NCBI GenBank assembly: GCA_013265495.1
Contig: MU058531.1
Location: 1,300,911-1,364,910 of the forward strand
Origin: Vicugna vicugna
Taxonomy: Eukaryota
DNA length: 64,000 bases
Reading direction: 5' to 3'
How positions within the stretch are numbered: position 1 is the first letter of the stretch; every line of letters begins with the position of its first letter. This document shows positions 24,144 to 38,140 of this stretch, piece after piece. Under the pieces are notes generated by a model. It did no database searches, was not told where the DNA came from, and saw only the letters and a list, made by a program, of their open reading frames with translations. The position numbers and the translations under genes are program-made.

Positions 24144-26198
24144 ATCTAGAATATAGATTACTATTCCCCATCAGGCATCCTCGAGCACTGGGGCTGCCTT
24201 GGCCTTACGCAGCCTTATTCTTGAAACCAGTGCCTCTCTGGATGAATGAACCTTGTATTTCTTTCTTCAGCAACTGAGATTGGTATCTTCGCCCCTGGGA
24301 GGATAGTCTCTCGCCCTTGGCCTTTTGCCTCCTGACCCAGATGAGGACTTGCCCCAGGCATGTCACGTGCCTCTCTGTTTGACCAGGGCTGGTGGACAGC
24401 CAGGAATTCCTGAACCCCCTTGAGCGTGATAAACCTTTTGAACCACAGTGATCAGAGCTTCACGGCAGGATCAGAGCCTCAAGACAGGATCAGGCTTTGT
24501 AACACCCCTTCATTCTTGCCTCTTATCTGTCCTGTTTGCCTTCTTTCCCAAATTTCAGAGACTTACCTAGTGTCCCTGGGAAAAGAGCAAATACCAGCAA
24601 TCTTTTAAAGATTCAGCTTCTCTTTCCTCTACTTCAGTATGTAGAGAAAAGGCAGACCTCCCTTCCCAAACATTAACTTTCTAAAAAGACATTTAGAATA
24701 TTTTGGGGGCCAAGAAATGTAGAGGACAGAAGTACTCATATCTAAGCTTTTTTATTTTAAGTTTTCTAATACTTAGAAAGTATTAGTTTTTACCATTACA
24801 CAACTGTATGTAATGGTACAAAGAGGTAGAGAATATGGGATTCAGTTGTACTCATTCAGCAAAAAAAATCTACTCAGATGTTACCTTTCTAGAAAGTCTT
24901 AACCTGATCACTCATAAAAATAGGTGGCAGTCACCAGCACTCTACCTTCTTTTCTTTTGAAAACATCACTTGTTTCTAACTAAAATTCTTTGTTCACCTT
25001 CCCAAGTATAGAATATAAGCTCTGTGAGGATTTGGGCTTGATTTTGCTTGCTTCTGTGTCTCCAGCTCCTGGTACAAGGCTTGGCTGTTGAGCCAATGAA
25101 TAGATAAGTGAAAGGAAGTACCAAGATTCTGTTCTCTGTGTGTACTGATGATTTTTAAATTAGATGCCTGGTAGAATTCTTTGCTGACCGTTGCTGTCTG
25201 ACTCGGATATGTGATGTGCTTGAATTTGCAGGCCTAATCTCAGTACCAGGAATCCTAGTGTTCACTCGTGATGAGTCGTTTAGATAAACTTTTACTTCTT
25301 TTTGATAGTGTGGGGCATGAGGCGGAGGGAAAGTAGTTTGTCATGGAGTTATAAAAGGTGGGGGAGCTGGTCTGTACCAGGTGGAAACTTCAGATTTTAC
25401 AGGGTTATAAAATGGAGGAGGGGTATTGGGATAGGGAATTGAATTTGAAAATTTTTATAGTTCAGGTGCTGTAAATATGTCTAAGGTTTTGGGGCAAGAC
25501 AGTTGGTGGGTAAGAAGCTTATTAGGGAAAAAGTGGGAGAGATTCATAAACAGTAAGATTAGTGTTATTTGGAGTATTAATTTGGAGGAGATGCAAGCTA
25601 TATAGGCTTGTAGTAGAAAAGCCACAAATCATATTTCCATTGTCTTTGTATGGAATCCTTATTTTAAATCTGAATTACCCTGTCAGTTTCTTAGTCGTTC
25701 TCTTGGTTCATGTCTCGAGCTTTCATACCAGCTTGATGCCCAAGCGCATCCTTTGTGCTCCATGGGACTGTGGTACCTGTGGGCACAGGCTCCTCACTCT
25801 GCAAAGGCCACAAGTTCCATTGTCACTCCTGGTTTGTCCCAGGAGCACGCTGCCAGTAAAAAGTAATCCAAACATGTTGAAAACTCTCACGTATGATTAA
25901 GAACTATTTATGTTGCATTCAAGTGCATTTTTAGGAAAAGAAGTAAATGCAGACTTAACAGTTGTTTCCTTTCCTTGTCCTGCTTCTTTAAATGAGAAAA
26001 ACCTAGTGTTTTATGTAAGTGCATCAGCTTTTTATAGTAGTATGAATAAATTATTTGATTTGTGAATGTACTGAAGAAAAACAGTAGATACACTTTTTAT
26101 TTTGTGGCAGTCGGCTTTACTTCAGTTGGGTTTTTTTTTATAGTGTTAAATTTTAAGGTCTTGGAAAGTTTGATTAAAGAGTAGTATTCTTTGTGTAG

Positions 26199-26333
<135 letters not shown>

Positions 26334-26624
26334 TAAGTAAATATATCTGTAGTTCAACTAACTTAGATAAATTATATAAACTCAATCATTTTTATTATGT
26401 ATCATAATGTTTGTTGGCACCTTGACTCAGTTAATATAAGTTTTATGAATTTTATGATTTTCATTTTAGAGCATTTTATTTCAGTCTATTTTATTAAAAG
26501 GAAATAAAAAGTAAGGTAGGACATATTAAATATTTAAGAAATATTTCCAAATTAAAAATTATAACTTATCTCAGGCTCTCAGAGTTACTTTACTTTGTAG
26601 GTATTTTTCAGTATTTTTTTAATT

Positions 26625-26786
26625 CTTATTTTTTGTTGAAATATAGTTGATTTACAATGTTAGTTTCAGGTGTACAGCAAAGCAATTCAGTTATAAATAT
26701 ACATACATGTATATATTTTTTTCAGATTCTTTTCCATTATAGCTCATTACAAGAATTGAATTATAGTCCCCTGTGCTATACAGTAG
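26625..26786 (-). mobile_element. Short cetartiodactyl-type L1 3' end
   Basis: ttgaaatatagttgatttacaatgttagtttcaggtgtacagcaaagcaattcag...ccctgtgctatacagtag. Confidence 0.8.
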
Positions 26787-27645
26787 TGTTTTAAGATTCT
26801 ACACAATACTCTATATTAGTTGAGCTATAGTGGAAAGAGGGCAGACCTACTAGTGAGGAAGACTAATCTTGGTACTTTTTAAAAAAAATTTATCATATAT
26901 TCAAAAAAGAATGTACAAACATTTATGTAAAACTTAAAGAATTTTCAAAATGACTACCCTTTACCATTTACTTAATGGTATAATCATTATACCAAATAAA
27001 TAGTATAAAGAAGTTTAATCACATACTTTTAAAGCTGAAAGTGGTGTATAAGGTCCTAATTCAAACTCTCTTTTGAGATTAGAAATTGAAATTTATAGAA
27101 GTGACATGACCTTGCCTAAGATCTCAGCAAATCAAGTGTCACTTCCTGGCTACAAGCCAGATGTCCACACCACTAAGCCCGTTTTCTTCTCACTGTTCCT
27201 CCTGTAGCTCGATCACAGGTCAACTGCGTGATCGCAGGGAGGTACCCACCGAAAAACAGAACTAGATATTCTCTAGAGAGCCCACGTATAACATTCATCT
27301 CTGTGTGACGTTTGTCAGTATTTATAGATCTGGATTTGCAAATCTTACATCTCAGACCTTTTTTTTTCCCCCTGTTTTTGTGCCTGTAGTTGGAATAATT
27401 TGTCTACAAGTAAATGTCTGGCCCATTGGTTTTCAAAGTGTGGTCCCCATGCCATTAGTATCTTGTTAGAAATGACAGTTCCCAGGCCCCACTTTAGACC
27501 CACTGAATCAGCAGCTCTGAGAGGGGAGCCCATCTTACTAAGTACAGGCCTGCCCAGCGGCTCTGACGTCTGCTGACAGTTGGAGAACTGTTGGTCTACT
27601 GTAGTCTGGAGTCCTGAGCAAGGCTTCTGCTGGTTGGATTTATGT

Positions 27646-27859
27646 CAGTGCTTCTCGACTAGGGGTGATTTTGCTCCTCAGTGTACATTTAGCAGTGTCT
27701 GGGGGCATCTTTGATTATCAGGGCTGGGTGGGTGCCCCTGGCATCTAGGGTAGAGCCTAGGGATGCTGATGCTGCTGAACATCCTGCAGTTCACAGGACA
27801 GCCCCCGACCCCAACGAGCCAGCCCAGAGTGTCAGAAGTGCTGAGATCAAGAAGCCCTG
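27646..27859 (+). mobile_element. MER20-like DNA transposon
   Basis: cagtgcttctcgactaggggtgattttgctcctcag...ctggcatctagggtagag...ggatgctg...aacatcctgcagttcacaggacagcccc...gtgctgagatcaagaagccctg. Confidence 0.8.
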
Positions 27860-27976
27860 GTAAATAATTCAGAGAACAGGGTTAGCTTCTCCTTTCAAAT
27901 GAATTCTTTTCCTGATGCTTTTATCAAAAACTGTAACAAACAGGTGATAATTATTCCCTACTCCGTTTAAAGTGCT

Positions 27977-28839
27977 TGGCTATTGTGAGTAATGCTGCAG
28001 TGATCATGGGTGCATATATCTTTACAAGTTAGTGTTTTAGTTTTCTTCAGATGAATACTCAGAAGTAGAATTGCTAGATCATGTGGTAGTTCTATTTGTA
28101 ATTTTTCGAGAAGCTTCCGTATTGTTTTCCATAGTGACTGCACAGTTTAATTTCCACCAACAACACACAAGGTTCCCTTTTCTTCACATCCTTGCCAATA
28201 CTTGTTTCTCGTCTTTTTGGTAATGTCATTCTAATAGATGTGAGGTGCTATGTCATTATGGTTTTGATTTGCATTTCCCTCATGATTAATGATGTAGAGT
28301 GTCTTTTCATGTGCCTGTTGGCCATCTGTATGTCTTTGGAAGAATGTTTATTCCGATCATCTGCCCATTTTAAAAATCGGATTGTTTGGTTTTTTGCTAT
28401 TGAATTGTATGAGTTCTTTATATATTTTGGATATTAGCCCCTTATCAGCTATTTTCAAATATTTTCTCCCATTCAACAGATGGCCTTTTTATTTTGTTGA
28501 TGGCTTCCTTAACTGTGCAGATTTTTAGTATGATGTAGTCCCACTTATTTATTTTTGACTTTGTTGCTTTGGTTTTTGGTGTCAGGGATAAACTGGGAAT
28601 TCAGGATTTGCAGATGCTAACTACTATGTATAAAATAGATAAACAGCAAGGTCCCACTGTATATAGCACAGGGAACTATATTCAATACCTTGTAATAGCC
28701 TATAATGAAAAAGAATATGAAAAGGAAAATATATATATATATACATATATATATATAACTGAATTACTAAATACACCAGAAACTAATATAACATTGAAAA
28801 ACTATCATTTAATAAAACTTTCGTTAGTCATCAAAAAAA
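27977..28839. mobile_element. 5'-inverted L1 insertion (antisense segment 27977-~28585, sense 3' end ~28586-28839)
   Basis: Antisense L1 ORF2-end sequence switches abruptly to a sense L1 3'UTR with an A-rich tail. Flanks are TAAAGTGCT and TAAAGCGCT. Confidence 0.75.
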
Positions 28840-28961
28840 TAAAGCGCTATGTTGTAAGACAAATTATCTTAACTTTTGATTTTGACTGTCTGATACCTCA
28901 AGGAATCCAGTCACTATTTGATCAAATCTAATCCCTTGGCTAAAATATTATATCATAAATT

Positions 28962-29300
28962 TTTTCAACTTTTTATTTGGAAATAATTTAAAACTTAACA
29001 AAAAGTTGCAAAAATAAAAGTAGTCCAGGAAACGCTTGTATTCTCTTTACCCAGCTTAGTCTGCATTAACTTTTTATCTCATTTGCTTTGTCTCATGTGT
29101 GCATGCTTGTTCTCTCTCTCCCTACTTTTTCTGAACTATTTGCGTGTAAGTTACATACATCATGGCCTTAACCTAAATACTTTACTGTGTATTTCCTAAG
29201 TAAAGAGATAGTCTTTTGCATTACCACAGTACTATTACATTGATACACTTTACCCTCAGTATTCCACTTTGTCAGTTTATTTACTGATATCCTTTATAGA
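28962..29300 (-). mobile_element. Old L1 (L1MC-like) 3' end
   Basis: aactttttatttggaaataatttaaaacttaacaaaaagttgcaaaaata...cctaaatactttactgtgtatttcctaag. Confidence 0.65.
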
Positions 29301-29439
29301 GCTTTGTTTCCCCTCCTATCTCACTAAAGTTACTACCAATGACATTTATTTAAAGACATAAACTCACAGTGGTAGTAGCAAGAACTTCAGTATTTTGGTA
29401 CCTAGGACAACTCCTAGAACATAGTAGGTTCTCAGTAAA

Positions 29440-29780
29440 CACTTGTTGAAAGGATAAGAGTTGACGGCAGCAGAATGGGCTCTGGGGAGCAGATGGGTGG
29501 CAGTGATGGCTGATCAGACCCAGAAGACCGGAGTATTCTCGGAGGTGGCGGGGAAGAGTCTTTACCAAAGGTCCCCCCAGCAAGCTTTTTCTGATTGGCC
29601 CAAACTCGGTCACATGCCAACCCCTAGGTAAGGGGTGGTGTGGGATTTTAAGGTGCCTTAGCAAATCACAATTTATCCCTAAGGCTGGACACATTGCTGC
29701 CAGAACATAATCAGATTTTGTTAGCAAGAAACAAGGGGAAGTAAGCCTTCTTCAGTAGGTACCACTGTGTGTGCTCCCAG
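29440..29780. mobile_element. MaLR (MLT1-like) LTR relic
   Basis: ctgattggcccaaactcggtcacatgccaacccct...ggctggacacattgctgcc...cagattttgttagcaagaaa. Confidence 0.55.
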
Positions 29781-30259
29781 CTATCAGTAGATTTATCTCC
29801 TCTGTACCCTTTCTCAGGAGGCCACTGAAGGATATGCTGTGATAAACCAAGAACCTAACATAGGAGGGAAGGGAAGGGGTAAGACATCCGTGCAGCAGGT
29901 CCAGCATCGGGACTGTTCAGACGGTAGCCCTTGGCCACAGGTGGCTGTTGAGCACTTGTGATGTTGCTAGTACACCTGAGGAATGGAATTTTTACTTTAA
30001 ATTCAGTAAAATTAAAACCTGAAGCTGTATGAATACTTCCCCGTTAAATAGAACCTATTATTAAGTAGAAGTTACTAAATAAATGTAGTATTAGACATTT
30101 TAATACATAAAATGTTAAAATTAATTTTACATGAAACATGTAAAATACTTTGGTTAATATGCCTACTAGAAAATTTAAAATTATGTATTGACTCACCTCG
30201 TACTTCTACTGGACGTCATTGATACAGATGGTGCAGAGAGTTTGGAGAATCTATGAGGA

Positions 30260-32350
30260 ATCATTCATTCAGCAGATACTTACTAAACACCTGCTCTGTC
30301 CAGGCACCATTCTGGGTGCTTGAGGTCTATTCATGGGCAAAATAAACAAAGATTTTTGCCCTTGTAGAGTTAATATTTTTGTAGGGAGAGACAGACAGAC
30401 CATTTTATGCGAAACTTATGCAGTGCTTTAGAGAAAAGTGCAAAGGGAGAAGGGAAAAGGTGCTGCAGGTGAGGGGATGTGAAGGGAGGGACAAGTGGCA
30501 GCTTGAAATGAGTTGGTGAAGACAGGCCTCATTGAGCAGGTGAGACTTGAGCACAGAATTGCTGTCAAGGGGAAAGCGTGCCTGTTCCAGGTTAAGGGAG
30601 CAGCTGTTGCAAAGGGCTGGAGTCAGAAGTGTACCTGCAACTTGTCCCGGGAGCTGCAGGGAGGCCGGGGTGTTGGTGGTGGGCCAGGAGCTCAGAGATG
30701 GTTGGAGTCCAGGGACCTTGCAGGCCACCGTCAAATTTTGTGTCTTACTCTCAGTGAAATGGGGAGCCATCGCAAGAGTTGGTTAGAGGATGGACATGGC
30801 CTGTCTTAGGTTTAAAGGGATCATCTTTATGGCTGTGTTGAGAATACCCTGCACATAGTAAGGCAAGGGTAGAAGCAGGGAGGACAGTTAGAAGGTGATC
30901 ACAGTGGTTCAGGTTAAGGGATGGTAGTACAGGGGCAGGAGATGGTCATATCTTGGACATAGTTTGAAAACGATCCAGTAAGATTTGCTGATGGATTGGA
31001 CATTGGATGTGAGATAAAGATTAGAGTGTGGCTCTAGGATTTCTGACCTGAGCAGCTGGAAGAGTGGGGCTGTCACTAGCTGAGCCAGGGAAGACTGAGC
31101 ATGGAGCAGGTTTTAGGGACGGGTAGATTGGGAGTTTGGATTTGGACATGTTGAGTCTGTTGATCATTTCAGAGCAGAGAGAAGTTGGCAGGTGAATATA
31201 CAGATCTGTGGTTCAAGGGGAGAGGTCTGGCTGGAGTTAAGTATCTGGTGGTCCTCTGTGTGTAGACGATGTTTAAAACTGTGAGACGGGATGAGATCAC
31301 TGAGGCCGTGAGTGCAGAGAGAAGAGTGGAGGACCCAGGATTGATGCTGGAGCCTTCCGGCATTGAGAGATCAGGGAGAGGAGGAGGAACCAGCAAGGGG
31401 AACTGAAGAGGCACAGTCAGTGCAGGAGAAGGAAGATCTCAGAGCGTGAAGCTTAGATGCCAAGCAGAGAGGAAAGAGTGATCCACTGTGCCTAATGTTG
31501 TGAGCTGAGAACTGACGGTTGGATTTAGCACCCTGAAGGTCATCAGCCTTGACAAGGGCACTTGTCAGTAGAGCTGTGAGGTAGAAATTAGCTGGATTGC
31601 TGCAAGAGAGAAAGGGAGGAAGAAAAATCAGAAACAGTGAGTAGAGACCACTCTTTCCAGTTTTGCCACAAATAGAGGCAAAGAAAGGGGGAAGTAGCTG
31701 TTAGCGGGAGTACAGTCAAGAGGGTTTCTATTTTGTTTGACATGGGACAGAGAAAGGTATGTTTGAAGGGAATGATCCAGGAGAGAGCAAAGAGTTAATA
31801 ATAGTCGTGGAAGAGAGGGCACTGCTGAAGCCATGTTCTTGAGTAGGTAAGAGGGACTGGAACCTAAGAGTAGAAGAGAAGAGATGGGCTCCATCTGGAA
31901 GCACTGACATATCATCTGCAGCAGCAGGTGGGAGGGCGGAGTACGCGTGGGTGCAGGTGCCGCAGGTGGTTTATGGTGGCTGAGTCGGCGGAAGTTTGTG
32001 ACTCACTGAGGAGGAAATGTTTATTGGCCAAGAGTAAGGACGGAGAAAGGGGGTGTAGGAGTTTGAGGAGAGAAGTGTGTTGTCCAGGAAAGTGAGAGAA
32101 TAAATGGACTGGGAAACTGTAGTATGATTCCTGGCAACGTTAAAGGCACATCTGGGTAGTAGTTACAAATTCGAAGGGGTGTGGTTGTTTTTCCAGCCGA
32201 TGGGTACACGCACATGTTAATGGAGAGTTGGGTTTAACCAGTGTTGTGGCTGTGCCAAAGAATTTTGAGCAAATGAGGGAGGGACAAGGGAATTGAAGGT
32301 ACTGCAGGGGTGTGGCTTTAATAACTGACCGTGAAGTAAATCCTGAGCTG
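30260..32350 (-). mobile_element. Long L2 LINE relic
   Basis: cattcattcagcagatacttactaaacacctgctctgtccaggcacc (L2 3' terminus), followed by ~2 kb of purine-rich L2 body homologous to 17085-19000. Confidence 0.75.
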
Positions 32351-34554
32351 GATGAGGAGGGCAGGGAGCAGTCGGATTGGCGAGGGATGATGTCTTGACA
32401 GGGACAGAAATGGGACTGGTTGATTCCTGAACAGTTTGTATGTGGAAAGAAGAAATTCTTTTAGAGAATTGGGGAATAGGTACATGAAAAGTGAAGAAAA
32501 GAAAGCAGTGACTAACTTCAGAGAAGGGAAAAGTTGAATGAGGAGATACCTATTATCAGAGTATACTGTGGATATTTATATAATCATAACCATGTCAACA
32601 GCGGTTATTCAACAAAAACTGGCAGTAAGACTACCAGGAAGATGGGAGTTGTGAAAAAGAATGTTGAGAGGAAAGGGGCGTGGCAGGATAACTTCAGAGA
32701 ACTAGACCTCTGTCTTCTGTTAAAGGGAGTCAGAAGAATCTAGGCAGCAGAAAAAGTATGACTTTGTGTTTTTATCTGTCTGTCTTTCATATACAAATGT
32801 GAAAGTAAATACTAGAAGGGGAGGACGTGGTTGGATTTGAAAGTGGTTGCCCCTGGGGTTGTAGGAATCAGAAACAAGGAGGGTGTAGCATGGGAATGTT
32901 GTATTTTAATACAAGGTTATGGGGAAGTTTGATTTGTAAATTGCATACATGTATTACATTGATAAAACAAATACTAAATTAAGAAGAAGAGGAATAGTGC
33001 TTCTTTTAAGTACTGCTACTGGTAAATAGTCTGGGAATACTCCGTGAACGAGTATTTACGTCCTGAAGCATAAGGTAGCATTGGTTTGGCTGGAGAGTAG
33101 TAGGCAAGAGTATTTGAGCCAGGATGAAGAGCGCGAGGAGTAAGACAGATTGGAAAGGGCAAGGCGTTCTTGGGGGTAACTGACGAAGCCCGCTGCCTCG
33201 AGAAGAGTGACAAGAGAACAGCACCAGGTGCCACTTGTAGGTCGGACCCGAGTTAGGTAAACACTTGAAGCCAGGTGGTGGGAAGAGATTAGTTCTGGAG
33301 CAGGCAAATGATGATCACGTTAGTGCTTAAGGAAGATTGGTTCTGAGCACGTCAGGGTCAGATGTTTCCACGCTGTCCTCGCAGTGGGGTGGTAATTGAG
33401 GGAATGGAAGGATGGGAGGTGTGCGAAGACTGGGTGGGGGGAACACTGAGGAGGAGCTGTCTAGGGCTTGGTGAGTGAATGTGTAAGCAAGAGAGACAGA
33501 AGTAGGTTAAGATATCCCTTGCATTTTGAGCCTATTTGGGAGAGTTATGGTATCATTTCTAAAATTAATTTTTCAAAAGTAAGACAAGCATTCAGTATTT
33601 TGTTGAAGGAGAATAAATGAGACAGTCTTGACATAGATGAACAGAAGGAGGTGCTTGAGGTAGTCAGCACCTGCTGGAAATGTGGAACTCGAGCTTGGCA
33701 AAGAGACGTGTGTCTGCGTGTGCCCAGTGTGTGTATGTGTGTGTGTGCACGCGCATGTGCACTTGTGTGATCTGCCTGTATGTTGATTTTGAAGTCACAG
33801 AAGTGGATGAGATCCTCAAGGAAGGCAGCCCGTAGAAAAGGTGAAAGAGTACAAGGAGCAGAGCAAAGGAGAACACTGAGATGTCGAGGTAGTCGGAAAA
33901 AGAAAAATATTCAGGGACAAAGAGAAAAAAAGAAAAAGGAAAGCATCAAAGGAAATTCTCAAGGAGGCAGCATCAGGCAACACTGACTAACAGCTGCAGA
34001 GCATTGTGGGAGAGAAATGATTTTTAAAATTAAAAAATTTTATATTATTTTTATTCTAAAAATTTTTTAAAATCTATTCAGTATGGAAGGTATGGATGAT
34101 TTGGGGAGTTCAGTTGAGTAGAAGAATCTAAAGTGTATCAGAAGTCACATTGATTATGCTTTCAAAGCTCTTCCAGTTGGAAGAAAAGATTGAGAAACCA
34201 TTAACAGCATGAAAAGACTAGGTTATGCCAAAGTTGGGAGTTTTTTCAGATGTGAGAAAAGTATGTGTGTTTTTGGTCAGAAGAGTTGTGCAGCTGAGCA
34301 GGATGAGGGAGAGGAAGAGAGAGGAGGACGTTGTGGGAGCAAGAGAGTGAGATGAAGAAATGAAAGCCATGAAAAGGCGTTATACTCAGAGACAGAAGGA
34401 AGTGGAAAACAAGGACAATGTCAAGATAAATATTTACATTTTTTATCTAGGAAGATTGAATGACTAAATGGTCTAAATTTACCAGAAGAGAGGAATGGAG
34501 ATTATTTCCTTCATAGGAAAGAGGCAGAGTGGTGGTAGACATTTTGAAAGTGAC

Positions 34555-35084
34555 TGTATCAGCTATTGCTGCATAACAAACCACCCCTAAATTTCATGCT
34601 AAAACAATAATAAAAGCACTTATTCCTCACAATTCTGTGTGGCTCACAGATCTGGGTGGTTCGTCTGGTCTTTGCTGAGCTCACTCAGGTGACTGCAGTC
34701 AGCTGCTGCTCTGGTTGGCTGCTCTGTTATCTTGGCTGGCGTCTGTCCTGTTGGGTGGGGCTGTCTATGAACTAGTCTAAGGTGGCCTCAGCAGGGCAGC
34801 CTGGTGTCTCATCCTCCAGACTTGTTCTCAAGGTGGCAGGATCCTAAGAAAGAGAGTACACCGAAGCACATGATATGCCTCCTAAGGCTTGGGCTCAGAG
34901 CTAAGCACAATGTCACTTGTGCCCCATTCTGCTGGCCTGAGCATGTCTCAAGGCTGGCTGATATTCTCAGGGTGGAGAAATAGACTCCATCCCTTAATCA
35001 AGGGAGGACTTTCAAAGTCCTGTGCAGAAGGAGTAGATTGTAGAGAGAGCTGGGGGTGGGACCATTTTTGTCATCTGTCTACCA
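34555..35084. mobile_element. MaLR MLT1-type solo LTR just upstream of exon 4
   Basis: Begins tgtatcagctattgctgcataacaaaccaccc, contains cacaattctgtg and ggagaaatagactccatcccttaa, ends ccatttttgtcatctgtctacca (TG...CA termini). Confidence 0.75.
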
Positions 35085-35183
35085 GTGGGACAGGCTAGCA
35101 GTAGATGTGCTCCACCTGCAGAGGGATTGAGTGTGGTACACGTGCTAAAACTGTGTCTGTTCCATATTTTGTAAAACATATGA

Positions 35184-35510
<327 letters not shown>

Positions 35511-37942
35511 TAACGTTCATATCTGATAGACTGTCTCAAGTTGTTCAGCTTTTTGTAGCTGTGGTGAAGTAATTTTTCTTGAAGCTCAAATTTCTCCTGT
35601 ACAATATTCATGTACTTTTTCGTTTACATTATGAACCTTTCTCTGATTAAGAATCTTATGTAAAATCATGCGATTTTATGTTAAATGCATGTAAACCTAG
35701 AGTCACTCCAGCTGAGGTAATTGGAAATAGAGAAAATTGGACTTTAGGAAGAGAAAAAAGGAGATGAAACAGAAAAGTGACCACTGATTATAGCAGTGTT
35801 TGCTGGAAAGCTAAAGGAGACAAAAGTAAGAGACAGCTGTAGCCTGCAGCTAAAAACAGTGAGGGCTTTGCTGGGTTTTTTTATTTTTTATTTTATATGT
35901 TTAATAGGAGACGAAATTGGGGTGTAGCTGAGGGCCAGATCAGAGGAGCTTGCTGTGCTCTGATCATCTAGAATGAGCTTTTCAGAGGTGGAGCTCAGAC
36001 ACTTAGGGAAATTTTCCCCAGAGCCTGTGCTAAGTGTCCAGACTTCCTTTTCGAGTCCCAGGAGACTTGGCAATCAGTAAATTTTAATACTGATTTAAGC
36101 AAAGTGGCAAACATTACTGGGCAGAGGAAAGGTTTTTAGTATGTATATAATTCACACAAAAGAAAAAAAATACATCATATCTGATTTTAAAAGGAAGTAG
36201 GATCCTTTCCCATTGTTACTTAACATGAGATTTATTTCAAGATGGCCTAAATACGATTGCAAATCCTTCAAGGATGTACATATAGTTTTGTATTTTATAG
36301 GCTCACTTGTGAGCTCAGTCTTCCAGCCCGGTTTTCCCATAAGATCATAGGATCGTCAATTATTTATCATTTAAATGGCTTTCTCTTTTCATATATAAAG
36401 TGGGGATCAGAGTTTTATTAGTTCAACTTACCTGTACAGGGCTGACCTCCTATAGCAGGAGAGGTTTGAGAATAGTTTTGCATGACTGCAATAAGATAGC
36501 AAGGGATTATTTTTGATCTGTAACATCGAAATTGGCAAAGAAGCCAAGCCTGGCAAAAGAAACGACTTTAACTAAAGGCTTGTTTTAACCAAGTGTAAAT
36601 TGCAATTTAGACAGTAGTGCTAAGTAAAAATAAAGGTAAAACTGAATGAATCTTCCAGTTTCTGACTACCTTCTCAAGAGGACAGGGGCCAGGGCTTGTC
36701 ATCAGAAGCCATGTGGTCAGGTTAGTCCGCAACTCTGTGTGTCTTCTGATTCACTAGTGAGGGACTACAGTCTACTTTGTGTTCGACTCCCTTACCCCAT
36801 ATTTCTCCCTTTTTAAAGTATTTTTTATCATATTTGGTCTTCAGTTTGGGTGGAGAATTTGGGCCTTTTCTTGGAGCTTAAGTTTGGTTCATAAAGGCAA
36901 TTCCTGTCTATGTGGATTCCATATAAAAAGGCAGAAGAAAGAGCCCACCTGCTCTGTATGATACACTGTTGGCTTTTACTGCAGTCATTAAAGAGGAACT
37001 AAATGGCCATTTTTTTTCCTGGGCTTCTAAACTTTAATGCTTGGCTGGCTGATTCTTTCAAGTTTCAGCTTTGAGATGTTTTATCTGGAAATCTTCCCTG
37101 AATCTCTGCTTCACCCCAGAGTTTGGGTTTGTTACCTCTGTTATAGTGCCCACATGGTCTGTCTTACCTCTCCCATCAGAGTCCTTACCTTTGGACTTTT
37201 CCATCTGTCTGTTTTCTCTACTTGCCTGTATCTCCTTCTATACCCTGACACGATGAGGGTGAGGATGGTAACACTCTAGTTTCAGTATTGTTCCCTCAGG
37301 CTTAGCACAATGCATGTCTAACAGAGTTATATGCACTCAGTAAATGAGTCAACAGATACAGTTGCATTATTTGTAGGCTGCTGGTATTTCATAGGTTTAA
37401 TACATTTGTTTATAATATGAAATATGCTATTCAGATTTATTTGATGGAGTTTTAATATGTTACATAGCTACATACATGTTTAAAAAGTTAATCCATTCTA
37501 CTCATTATTTCATGAGCTAATTTTATGAATATCTAATAATTTGAAATTTTGAGACCTTAGAGACTATTTTATAGTTTGAAAAGAAGAGGACCTGGTTTTA
37601 AATTTGAATATATAGAGAATTTGGAAGTATTTTTATATCCTAAGTGGTCTAATCACTAATAGCAATCATTTTTGTGACCAAGTACATAGCTCATCCTGAC
37701 TCTTTCATTTGGATCTCCCAGTGAGCCTAGAAATCATAAGCTGTATTAATAAGTCATTGATGGTCTTTAAAAAGTATTTCCAGTGTTAAGTTGGTTGGAA
37801 CGTTTTAAAGGTATTAACATGTTCAGTTATTTTTCATCAAAATTGCTAACAAATGTTTTTTAAGTTTATTTTTATTTTGATGATTAGTATATTGTTGCTC
37901 AATTATAAATATAAAATCAACTTTGAGTTATATCTAACTTAG

Positions 37943-38140
<198 letters not shown>

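Noticed and set aside
27210..27237. 7-bp inverted repeat cgatcac…gtgatcg
   Set aside because: Too short to exceed chance expectation in 64 kb, and not a pre-miRNA-length hairpin.
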